From Ruminococcus albus 7 = DSM 20455 (lineage in GTDB: Bacteria > Bacillota > Clostridia > Oscillospirales > Ruminococcaceae), in contig NC_014833.1 in assembly GCF_000179635.2 (NCBI RefSeq), positions 3,420,001 to 3,452,000 on the forward strand: DNA of 32,000 nt, in the 5' to 3' direction. How positions within the stretch are numbered: position 1 is the first letter of the stretch; each line of letters opens with the position of its first letter. The notes below the pieces were generated by a model. The model ran no database searches. It saw only the letters and a program-made list of their open reading frames with translations, and had not been told where the DNA came from. Both the position numbers and the translations under genes were made by a program. Of this stretch, positions 17,506 through 24,549 are shown in pieces.

Positions 17506-18882
17506 ATGAATAACTCATATATCAAAAAAGCATTGTCTGCCGCCCTTGCAGCACTTGTGCTATCTATGACATCCTGCGGAAATATCACCGAAAAGAAAGA
17601 TACACCGCCAACGAAAAAGCCCGATACTGATTCATCTTCAGCCACACCTTCCGATGAACCCGTAGTGACCTCCGACGAGTATTCCGATACACCCGCTCCC
17701 CTCTCTGTTGCGCCGCTGTCATCCGTCACCCTTGATGAAAATTATATCCTGCCCGATGCTGACTTCTATGCTTCCTACCGCGACTACGCCGCAGAGCTTT
17801 TCAAAGCAGTATGTACCGATGATATCAAATCGGGCAAAAACGCTATGATATCCCCCGAGAGCGTTATGATGGCACTTGGTATGACAGCCAACGGCGCTAA
17901 GGGCGATACCCTTTCACAGATGGAAACAGCCCTCGGCGGCAAGGGTATCGACGCTATAAACAACGCCATGCAGTACCGCATGAACAGATTCATGGCTAAC
18001 GAAGATGTAAGCTTCAATGTCGCAAATTCCGTGTGGGTGCGCGATGATGCCAACCGTATACAGATGTCACAGGACTTCTGCGATAAGGTAAAGTCGGTGT
18101 ACAACGCAGACAGCTTCCTTGCCCCCTTTGACAGCACAACCCTGGATGTTATAAACTCATGGGTAAACAAGAACACCAATAATATGATCCCCAATATACT
18201 CGATTATATCCCCGATGAAGCTGTTGCTTACCTTATTAATGCCATCGCTTTTGAGGGCGCATGGGCTGATAACTACGAGGTCTACCAGATATCCGAGGAC
18301 GATAAATTCACTAACTACAAAGGTGAAGAAGAAAAAGCAGTTATGCTGTATTCTCAGGAGGGCAGCTATTTCTCAGATGAGAATACCACAGGCTTCATGA
18401 AAGACTACGAAGGTCATGACTACGCTTTCATGGCTATGCTCCCATCCGAAGACACTGATATCGCAGACTATGTCGCAGGTATTGACGGAGACAAGCTTAG
18501 CAAGCTGTGGCGTTCAGCAAGCGGCGATGTTAACGTGTGCATACCTGAATTTACATTTGATTACAACAGTGAACTCAGCGATGAACTGAAGTCTATGGGC
18601 ATGGAGCTCCCCTTCACCGAATCAGCAGATTTTTCAGGCATGGCAGAAACCTCATCGGGTGCCCTCTATATCAACCGCGTCATCCACAAGACCCATATCG
18701 AGCTCGACCGCAACGGCACAAAGGCAGCTGCAGCTACCGCAGTAGTGATGACCGACGAATGCGCCATGGAGGAGGAAGAACCCAAGATAGTATACCTGAA
18801 CAGACCCTTTGTATACGCTATAATAGATAAAGAAAGCGGTACTCCCATTTTCATAGGTGCTGTCAACACCTTAAATGGCTGA
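17506..18882 (+). CDS. Serpin-family serine protease inhibitor, predicted lipoprotein
   Basis: The ATG at 17506 has GGAGG upstream. The signal peptide ends in a lipobox-like LSMTSC, followed by a T/S/P/D-rich linker. The serpin core includes NSWV..NT...I, INAIAFEGAW and a hinge/RCL of GTKAAAATAVVM followed by NRPFVYAI. Confidence 0.85.
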   Translation: MNNSYIKKALSAALAALVLSMTSCGNITEKKDTPPTKKPDTDSSSATPSDEPVVTSDEYSDTPAPLSVAPLSSVTLDENYILPDADFYASYRDYAAELFKAVCTDDIKSGKNAMISPESVMMALGMTANGAKGDTLSQMETALGGKGIDAINNAMQYRMNRFMANEDVSFNVANSVWVRDDANRIQMSQDFCDKVKSVYNADSFLAPFDSTTLDVINSWVNKNTNNMIPNILDYIPDEAVAYLINAIAFEGAWADNYEVYQISEDDKFTNYKGEEEKAVMLYSQEGSYFSDENTTGFMKDYEGHDYAFMAMLPSEDTDIADYVAGIDGDKLSKLWRSASGDVNVCIPEFTFDYNSELSDELKSMGMELPFTESADFSGMAETSSGALYINRVIHKTHIELDRNGTKAAAATAVVMTDECAMEEEEPKIVYLNRPFVYAIIDKESGTPIFIGAVNTLNG

Positions 18883-18923
18883 CCCCCTGAGATCAGTTCC
18901 CTTCGGTTAGATCAAAACACACA

Positions 18924-18968
18924 AAAAACGTCCGACAGCTGCCATAAGGCAGTGCCGGACGTTTTTTG
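18924..18968. terminator. Bidirectional intrinsic terminator shared by the convergent serpin and pilin genes
   Basis: The sequence is AAAAAACGTCCG...CTGCC-ATAA-GGCAG...CGGACGTTTTTTG. It forms a nested stem flanked by an A-tract upstream and a T-tract downstream. Confidence 0.8.
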
Positions 18969-19000
18969 ATTTATTACAAAAGCCCAAAACCGTCGATAGC

Positions 19001-19738
19001 TCAATACCAGCCGCCCATATTTCCGTCAGAACCGATCTGCTTGTTGGAAAGATTTATATTGTAGAAACTATCCGGAGATTGTTTCTTGCTGTCAGTATAG
19101 ATCTTATCCCATGTGCCGGTACCGATAAAGTGAGCCTTGCTGGATGTATTAACGATGTATTCACCGTTTACGTATGTGACCAGTATACCCTTTCTGTAAA
19201 GCTGGATCATACGCACTTCACCTGTGTTGTTGTATACAACTACAAGTCCGAAGTTAGTATTATTGTCTTTAAGGTATTTAGCACAGTTCTTGGTATCTGA
19301 ATTGTAGCTCAGCGGATTTACCTTCTTACCTTTTTCCCAGCTTTCCGAGAATGTCGCATCAAGCTGACCGGCTATAAGTCTGTCGATCGCCTGAGAACCC
19401 GTTGAAGTGCCGGGCTTGGAGGTCTTGTATACATTCCAGCTGTAGTTGGTGAAACAGCCTACTATCTCGTATTTTCTGTTTTTGTTATTGCCCTGTTCAA
19501 GATAAAGCACCTTGTTGAACGCCGCTGTCGATTCGCCATAATTAATTACCAGATGATCTGTCAAAGAACTTTCGATAGAAGTTTTTATCGTCTTTGTATC
19601 TGCGATAGCAGCAGCTATCTTTGCCTTTTTGATGAAGCTTATCAGATTCGGTACAAGCAGGCAGGACAAAATACCGACAATACATATAACAACAGATAAT
19701 TCTACCAGAGTGAAACCCTTTTTATTATTATTTTTCAT
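19001..19738 (-). CDS. Type IV pilin / pseudopilin-like protein with N-terminal prepilin cleavage-methylation motif
   Basis: I prefer the start at 19738 (MKNNNKKGFTLVELSVVICIVGILS...) because AAGGGA lies 7 nt upstream. It has a class III signal, the KG|FTLVE motif with Glu at +5, and a hydrophobic alpha1-N helix. A ~200-aa globular domain follows. Confidence 0.8.
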   Translation of the reverse strand: MKNNNKKGFTLVELSVVICIVGILSCLLVPNLISFIKKAKIAAAIADTKTIKTSIESSLTDHLVINYGESTAAFNKVLYLEQGNNKNRKYEIVGCFTNYSWNVYKTSKPGTSTGSQAIDRLIAGQLDATFSESWEKGKKVNPLSYNSDTKNCAKYLKDNNTNFGLVVVYNNTGEVRMIQLYRKGILVTYVNGEYIVNTSSKAHFIGTGTWDKIYTDSKKQSPDSFYNINLSNKQIGSDGNMGGWY

Positions 19739-19808
19739 AAGCTCATCCCTTTCCATTATATTCTTATTACCACAAAATAGTAATTCTATCCCTTTATCTG
19801 TTACCTAT

Positions 19809-19837
19809 ATTATATCAGTTTTAGACAAAACAGTCAA
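19809..19837 (-). promoter_or_regulatory. Extended -10 promoter of the pilin gene
   Basis: On the minus strand it reads TTGACT (19837-19832), a 17-nt spacer ending in TGa, then TATAAT (19814-19809). Confidence 0.6.
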
Positions 19838-20013
19838 TGTTATTAATCTAATTTTGTAGACATACACAAATAAAGCGCATATAGTTTCCGCAATTTGACC
19901 AAATCACAAGTTGACTAATTTTACAAATTAAAAGCATCCATCAAGGTTTTAAACAGATAGGAAATGATTTTTGTTTCTAAGTTTTAACTAAATATTTCCC
20001 ATGCTCAACAAGG

Positions 20014-20056
20014 CATAAAATAAGGAGCTGCTGCAGGTGTGCAACAGCTCCTTATT
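20014..20056 (-). terminator. Intrinsic terminator of the ricT-dehydrogenase operon
   Basis: AAGGAGCTG (20022-20030) pairs with CAGCTCCTT (20045-20053). On the minus strand the stem is followed by ATTTTAT. Confidence 0.7.
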
Positions 20057-20070
20057 ATCATAATACATAA

Positions 20071-21033
20071 TTATAACGGTGTATTCACCACGTTCTGAGG
20101 TCTGCCGTCTATCCACGCTTTTACGTTGTCCGCTACTACCTCCAGCAGACGTATCCTTGTCTGTCTGGGTGCCCACGCGATATGGGGCGTTATCGTAGCA
20201 TTCTTCGCATTTCTCAGGGGACAATCCTCACGCATAGGCTCAAATGTCAAAGCATCAATACCAGCACCTGCGATCACTTCCCTTTCCAGCGCATCTGCAA
20301 GGTCATACTCATTTACTACTCCGCCTCTTGCGGTATTCACAAAGTATGCCGTCGGCTTCATCTTGGAAAGAGCCTCTTTGTTTATCATTTCTTTGGTCTG
20401 CTCGTTCAGCGGACAATGCATAGTCACAACGTCGCTGGTTCTCAGCAGTTCATCAAGGCTCACAGCCCTTGCACCCTCACCGACTTTCTCGGGCGAACGT
20501 GTGAAGGTCACGACCTCCATGCCGAAAACTCTCGCTATCTCAGCCACGCGCCTGCCTATGCTGCCATAGCCGATTATACCTATCCTCATGCCCTTCAGCT
20601 CATAGGTAGGTATATAGAAGTAGGTGAACAGCTTGTAGTTGACCCAGTCACCGTTATCAACAGTATCTGCGTACTCCCTTATCCTGTTGAAATGGTTGAG
20701 TATCAGTGCAAAGGTATGCTGAGCCACCGAATCTGTGGAGTATGCAGGAACGTTGCATACAACTGCACCGTGGCTGTCAGCCGCCTTCAGGTCAACATTG
20801 TTGTAGCCCGTTGCAAAAAGCCCTACGTATTTAAGGTTCTTGCAGCTTTCAAAAACCTCCTCCGTGATAAGGCACTTGTTGCAGATGACCGCATCAGCAT
20901 CACCTATCTTTTCAGCCACCTCATCATTGGGTGTGTAGCCGTATACCTCGCACTCCCCCAGAGAGGTTATCCCCTCCAGGCTCACATCTCCGCCGCGTGA
21001 TACAGTTTCGCTGTCAAGGATCACTATCTTCAT
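20071..21033 (-). CDS. D-isomer-specific 2-hydroxyacid dehydrogenase (glycerate/hydroxypyruvate reductase-like)
   Basis: 320 aa with the NAD-binding motif GIIGYGSIGRRVAEIA. The catalytic Arg/Glu/His context is present (NTARGGVVNE, TPHIAWA). Confidence 0.88.
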   Translation of the reverse strand: MKIVILDSETVSRGGDVSLEGITSLGECEVYGYTPNDEVAEKIGDADAVICNKCLITEEVFESCKNLKYVGLFATGYNNVDLKAADSHGAVVCNVPAYSTDSVAQHTFALILNHFNRIREYADTVDNGDWVNYKLFTYFYIPTYELKGMRIGIIGYGSIGRRVAEIARVFGMEVVTFTRSPEKVGEGARAVSLDELLRTSDVVTMHCPLNEQTKEMINKEALSKMKPTAYFVNTARGGVVNEYDLADALEREVIAGAGIDALTFEPMREDCPLRNAKNATITPHIAWAPRQTRIRLLEVVADNVKAWIDGRPQNVVNTPL

Positions 21034-21036
21034 GCT

Positions 21037-21393
21037 TTAGTCCTCAAAAGCGCTGCCCACAGTATCATTGTCCTGCTTGGGAGCTTTCTTCTTTTTCTCT
21101 GCCGCCTTCTGAGCCCTGCTGTACTTTATCGAGAAGAAAGCCGCACCTATAAGGAGCACTATCTCCGCGATGAACAGGAATGTCAGCGCAGGCTTGGATG
21201 TGTTTATCTGTGTCAGAAAAGTCAGGTCACAGGCAAGCAGCATCAGCATATGATGTGTGGTCTTCTGCTTGATAAAGTATATACCGTAAACTATGGTAGC
21301 TACTATACAGAATCCCAGATGCATACCAAAGGGAAAAGGAGTAAATACGTTCTGTACTGCGTTTGCAGTATCATTTGCTAAAGTCATTAACAT
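21037..21393 (-). CDS. Small hypothetical membrane protein (about 3 TM, lysine-rich C-terminus)
   Basis: 118 aa with a GGAG upstream of the start. It is packed 3 nt from the downstream gene and 14 nt from the upstream gene. I recognise no family. Confidence 0.5.
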   Translation of the reverse strand: MLMTLANDTANAVQNVFTPFPFGMHLGFCIVATIVYGIYFIKQKTTHHMLMLLACDLTFLTQINTSKPALTFLFIAEIVLLIGAAFFSIKYSRAQKAAEKKKKAPKQDNDTVGSAFED

Positions 21394-21407
21394 TCAAAAC
21401 ATCTCCA

Positions 21408-22037
21408 TCAAATATTTCTAAGTTCGTCACTGTACCCCGCCTCGTCCATGCGCTGCACAGTAAGGTCTATATGTCCGCTGTTAAGGAAAAGCGGCCTTTC
21501 ATCTAATATCTTGTCGCGGTAATCATCAGCCACATAAGCCGCATACCTGTCTATAAGGTCTGCCGGGCATCCTGCTGTATCCACAGCCCTGCCCTCTTTC
21601 AGCAGCCTTGTACACTCGCGGTATTCATCGCTTTTCACCGCCACACTGTTGAAACGGTACAACTCTCTCCACTTCTGCTCGGTCATATCGTCATAGCCGT
21701 AACCGAGGGTGCCCAGAAAATCGAATATCTTAGGCTGCACCGCTTCGTCCCATGCTATATCCGTCCAGCAGTGGAAAAGGTATCCCTTCAGGAAGTCCTT
21801 GTTATCCGCATACCTTACGGCGTTATCTTCCCTGAAGGAACGCAGCCTGTCTTTCCATATATCGTAGTCCCTGTCACGGATATGCGCCTTATAGCGCACC
21901 TCCTCACTGGCCTGCTCCGTACCGTAGTTCACGCAGTCGGGCGCTATCGCACCAAGAAGGAAATCCGCCTTGTTTTTAACGTTCAGGGAATCTGCCATTG
22001 TGTAAGCCAGCAGCAGATGCACAGGTGATGACGGCAT
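21408..22037 (-). CDS. Hypothetical protein, possibly a zinc-dependent phospholipase C / metal-hydrolase-like fold
   Basis: 209 aa. The start is adjacent to the ricT stop (TAAATG), with GGAGGG upstream. The N-terminal pattern H..LA...(17)...LGAIAPD....(15)..H is reminiscent of Zn-dependent PLC-like families. The functional call is weak. Confidence 0.45.
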   Translation of the reverse strand: MPSSPVHLLLAYTMADSLNVKNKADFLLGAIAPDCVNYGTEQASEEVRYKAHIRDRDYDIWKDRLRSFREDNAVRYADNKDFLKGYLFHCWTDIAWDEAVQPKIFDFLGTLGYGYDDMTEQKWRELYRFNSVAVKSDEYRECTRLLKEGRAVDTAGCPADLIDRYAAYVADDYRDKILDERPLFLNSGHIDLTVQRMDEAGYSDELRNI

Positions 22038-22901
22038 TTACTTACCCTCCAGTTCTTTGAGAGCCTTCAGCTCGTTCTTATCTACCCTGATGTTTCCGTC
22101 CTTGATGACCTCCACATCATCTTTCTTTACCGTTATAACATTGTCAGAACGGTCAAGCTTTACCCTCAGCTTACCGGTAAGCAGATTTACCTCCTGAACT
22201 ACACCCTTGCCGTCGCTTGTCTTTACTATCGCACCGACCTTCGGGGTATGCTTCAGCAGATCCTCATAGCTGTCCTGCTCGTATTTAAGGCAGCACATAA
22301 GTCTGCCGCAGCAGCCGCTTATCTTGGTAGGGTTAAGGCTCAGCCCCTGTTCCTTAGCCATTTTTATGGATACAGGCTGAAAATCTCCAAGAAATCTCGA
22401 ACAGCAGAAGGGCTGTCCGCATATACCCAGGCCTCCGAGCATCTTGGCTTCATCTCTGACACCTATCTGACGAAGCTCTATCCTCGTCCTGAATACGCTT
22501 GCCAGATCCTTGACCAGCTCACGGAAATCCACCCTGTTCTCCGCAGTAAAATAGAAAAGCATCTTGTTGTTGCTGAAAGTGCATTCAACATCTATCAGGT
22601 CCATTTTAAGACCGTGGTCTTCTATCTTCTGCCTGCATATCTCAAAAGCTTCCTGCTCTTTCTGCTTGTTGCGTTCTATGGTTTTAAGGTCGCGCTCGTC
22701 GGCCTTTTTGATTATGGGCTTTATGGGATTTTTGAAATTGCTCTCATCTATCTCCCTGTCAGTCATTACTACCTCACCGCACTCTACACCGCGTGAAGTT
22801 TCAACAATGACCTTGTCACCGTTGTTTATTTCGGTATCGCCCGGATCGAAATAATATATCTTGCCAACGCTCTTAAAGCGTACACCGATTATCTTGAGCA
22901 T
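22038..22901 (-). CDS. ricT: PSP1-domain protein RicT (YaaT, stage 0 sporulation protein)
   Basis: 287 aa with the typical N-terminus IGVRFKSVGKIYYFDPGD...GD.VIVETSRG.E.G.V. The Cys cluster is present (GICGQPFCCSRFL ... CCGRLMCCLKYE). Confidence 0.9.
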   Translation of the reverse strand: MLKIIGVRFKSVGKIYYFDPGDTEINNGDKVIVETSRGVECGEVVMTDREIDESNFKNPIKPIIKKADERDLKTIERNKQKEQEAFEICRQKIEDHGLKMDLIDVECTFSNNKMLFYFTAENRVDFRELVKDLASVFRTRIELRQIGVRDEAKMLGGLGICGQPFCCSRFLGDFQPVSIKMAKEQGLSLNPTKISGCCGRLMCCLKYEQDSYEDLLKHTPKVGAIVKTSDGKGVVQEVNLLTGKLRVKLDRSDNVITVKKDDVEVIKDGNIRVDKNELKALKELEGK

Positions 22902-22966
22902 CTGTTTTCCTTTCTGTTTCGGCTTTCAATTTGCCAAACATAAAAACTCATCATACATACTATATT

Positions 22967-22995
22967 ATTATAACACATCTTTCTCCAAATGTAAA
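22967..22995 (-). promoter_or_regulatory. Extended -10 promoter of the ricT operon
   Basis: On the minus strand it reads TTTACA (22995-22990), a 17-nt spacer ending in TGt, then TATAAT (22972-22967). Confidence 0.6.
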
Positions 22996-23134
22996 GACAC
23001 CACAATACAATTTCTACCGCTTAACTCACACCGTTCCGCCGCATCCCCGACCTTCTTTCCTTGGGCATACTGTACATGATCCGCGCACGCGCTTTGTACA
23101 AACAAATGATTTTAAATTTAACTCGGACATATTT

Positions 23135-23176
23135 CTGCAAAAGTTGTACAAAAACGTACAACTTTTTGCAGTTTTT
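23135..23176 (+). terminator. Orphan terminator-like hairpin (15-bp stem plus T5) with no upstream + strand gene
   Basis: CTGCAAAAGTTGTAC (23135-23149) pairs with GTACAACTTTTTGCAG (23156-23171) with one bulged base. TTTTT follows at 23172-23176. Confidence 0.35.
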
Positions 23177-23407
23177 CGCTGTATATAGAAGGGGTATTCA
23201 TCAGGCAGACCCTCTTATCACTTTTCGGCAAGGAACATATATCTTCCGGAATGATCCCTTTTTTAGCATAAAGATCCCGGCAACCCAAATGCCGTTTACA
23301 TATATCGACTTCTGTACGCACGATGGCAGGCTGACGCTGACTATGACTACGGGGATATGAAGCGACGTGTTATACTGTACAGAGGACAAACAACAGTATC
23401 TTGACAA

Positions 23408-23416
23408 TAGAATAAT
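23408..23416. repeat. Left copy of the target-site duplication TAGAATAAT
   Basis: An identical 9-mer lies at 24449-24457, directly flanking the IS ends. Confidence 0.8.
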
Positions 23417-24448
23417 ATGGTTATCCCCTTAACACACCACAAGTAAGATCACTGCACCAAAGCAGCCAAAAGCCTTAAATACGCACTGTTTCCCAGCTTA
23501 CGACGGTTGAATTTGTAACAGTATTCGGCAGCATATAACGCTGTGTGGATCTTTTCGTTTCCGTGGTAAGTTCCCATGATCATTGCTTTGAAGTTTGATA
23601 TAACTTTATGCATCCAGTTCAGCTGACCGCTTGTCGGATCATATGTTTCAAAAACATGGAAGTATTTCTGTGCCAGCGGTTTCTTGTAACTTCGAGCATT
23701 ATCACTCTCGATCTTCGAGCCTGCGCGGATATTATCCCTGGCAAATCTACCCACAGTTATACCCTTTAAATTCGGCACATCGCTCATTTTAACGTACTCG
23801 GGATTTCCTGCTGCGTTCTTCGATAAAGCTACGATCATCTTGACTTTTTCAGTACCTCTGCCGCGCTTTTTACCGTGAGTCGGAGCACCGAGATACGTGT
23901 CATCAAGTTCAACGATCCCGTCGAGCAAATAGCGTTCTTCACGGCATTTCATAGCTTTTCTGATGCGGTGAAGGATGTACCATGCAGTCTTGTAGGTCAC
24001 TCCCAAATTCCTCATAAGTGTAACAGCAGAAACGCTGCATTTGTTGCTCATAATGAGGAATGCGGTGATTATCCACAGTCTGAGCGGAATATGTGTTCTG
24101 TGCATAAAAGTTCCGTTTGTGTCGGATATATCTGCTTTACAGAACTTGCAGCGCAGCAGATGGCGTGACCTTATCCTGCGGTACTCAGAGCCACCGCAAA
24201 ACGGGCAGGCAAAGCCCTTTTCGAAGCGGATATCAAGCAGAAAATCCTTGCAAAAGCTTTCATCTGCGAACTTTGAGTATATCCCATCAAGTGTGATCTC
24301 AGGTTTCGGAAATCTTTTTGACATAGCGACAGCTCCTTTCGGTTTCTGTCACTATTATACTATATTTTCCGGTTTTTGAGGTCTGTTTATTTGGACAGTT
24401 TTGTAAATTATCTGTGGTGTGTTAAAGGGATAACCATGTAGAATAATA
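23417..24448 (-). mobile_element. IS1595-family insertion sequence (about 1.03 kb), apparently intact
   Basis: The terminal inverted repeats are ATGGTTATCCCCTTAACACACCACA (23417-23441) and the reverse complement of 24423-24447 (ATGGTTATCCCTTTAACACACCACA), matching at 24 of 25 positions. It carries a single transposase ORF and is flanked by the direct repeat TAGAATAAT. Confidence 0.85.
23449..24324 (-). CDS. IS1595-family (ISXO2-like) DDE transposase with N-terminal zinc ribbon
   Basis: 291 aa with the Zn ribbon CPFCGG...CKFC and an HTH-like segment (VSAVTLMRNLGVTYKTAWYILHRIRKAM). It has DDE-region motifs ELDDTY and IESDNARSY, and the C-terminal YAAEYCYKFNRR. Confidence 0.88.
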   Translation of the reverse strand: MSKRFPKPEITLDGIYSKFADESFCKDFLLDIRFEKGFACPFCGGSEYRRIRSRHLLRCKFCKADISDTNGTFMHRTHIPLRLWIITAFLIMSNKCSVSAVTLMRNLGVTYKTAWYILHRIRKAMKCREERYLLDGIVELDDTYLGAPTHGKKRGRGTEKVKMIVALSKNAAGNPEYVKMSDVPNLKGITVGRFARDNIRAGSKIESDNARSYKKPLAQKYFHVFETYDPTSGQLNWMHKVISNFKAMIMGTYHGNEKIHTALYAAEYCYKFNRRKLGNSAYLRLLAALVQ

Positions 24449-24457
24449 TATCCGTTC
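24449..24457. repeat. Right copy of the target-site duplication TAGAATAAT
   Basis: It is identical to 23408-23416. Confidence 0.8.
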
Positions 24458-24488
24458 CAAACTCTTTTCATATCAGGCAGACAGCGGC

Positions 24489-24517
24489 TTTACTTTTCCG
24501 CCGAAATCTGGTATAAT
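24489..24517 (+). promoter_or_regulatory. Extended -10 promoter of dnaE
   Basis: TTTACT (24489-24494), a 17-nt spacer ending in TGg, then TATAAT (24512-24517). It lies between the IS right end and dnaE. Confidence 0.6.
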
Positions 24518-24549
24518 TTAGTTACACCAATACCAAAGGAGGACTTTCC

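Noticed and set aside
19739-19808. A possible c-di-GMP or other riboswitch in the pilin leader, since some clostridial pilin genes have one.
   Set aside because: The predicted leader is only about 60-70 nt. I could not recognise any GEMM-I/II-type conserved segments. The remaining upstream DNA is AT-rich and has no obvious structure.
23061-23360. A 99-aa + strand ORF, with overlapping 85-aa, 72-aa and minus-strand 67-68-aa ORFs, in the ricT-IS intergenic tract.
   Set aside because: There is no SD. The amino-acid composition is implausible (F/Y/C/T-rich). The ORF runs straight through the strong hairpin at 23135-23176. I treat the region as non-coding (see finding).
23041-23360. The possibility that the non-coding tract encodes a known housekeeping RNA (6S, SRP/4.5S, RNase P, tmRNA).
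   Set aside because: I could not find the hallmark motifs or a long closing helix. Only a 7-bp ATCCCCG/CGGGGAT pairing between 23043 and 23356 exists, without extension. This cannot be fully excluded without a covariance-model search.
22902-24549. The IS-containing gap as the edge of a prophage, a defence island or an integrative element.
   Set aside because: Only a single-ORF IS with its own inverted repeats and target-site duplication is present. The flanking genes (ricT operon, dnaE) are core housekeeping genes. No integrase, att-like long repeats or cargo genes are seen.
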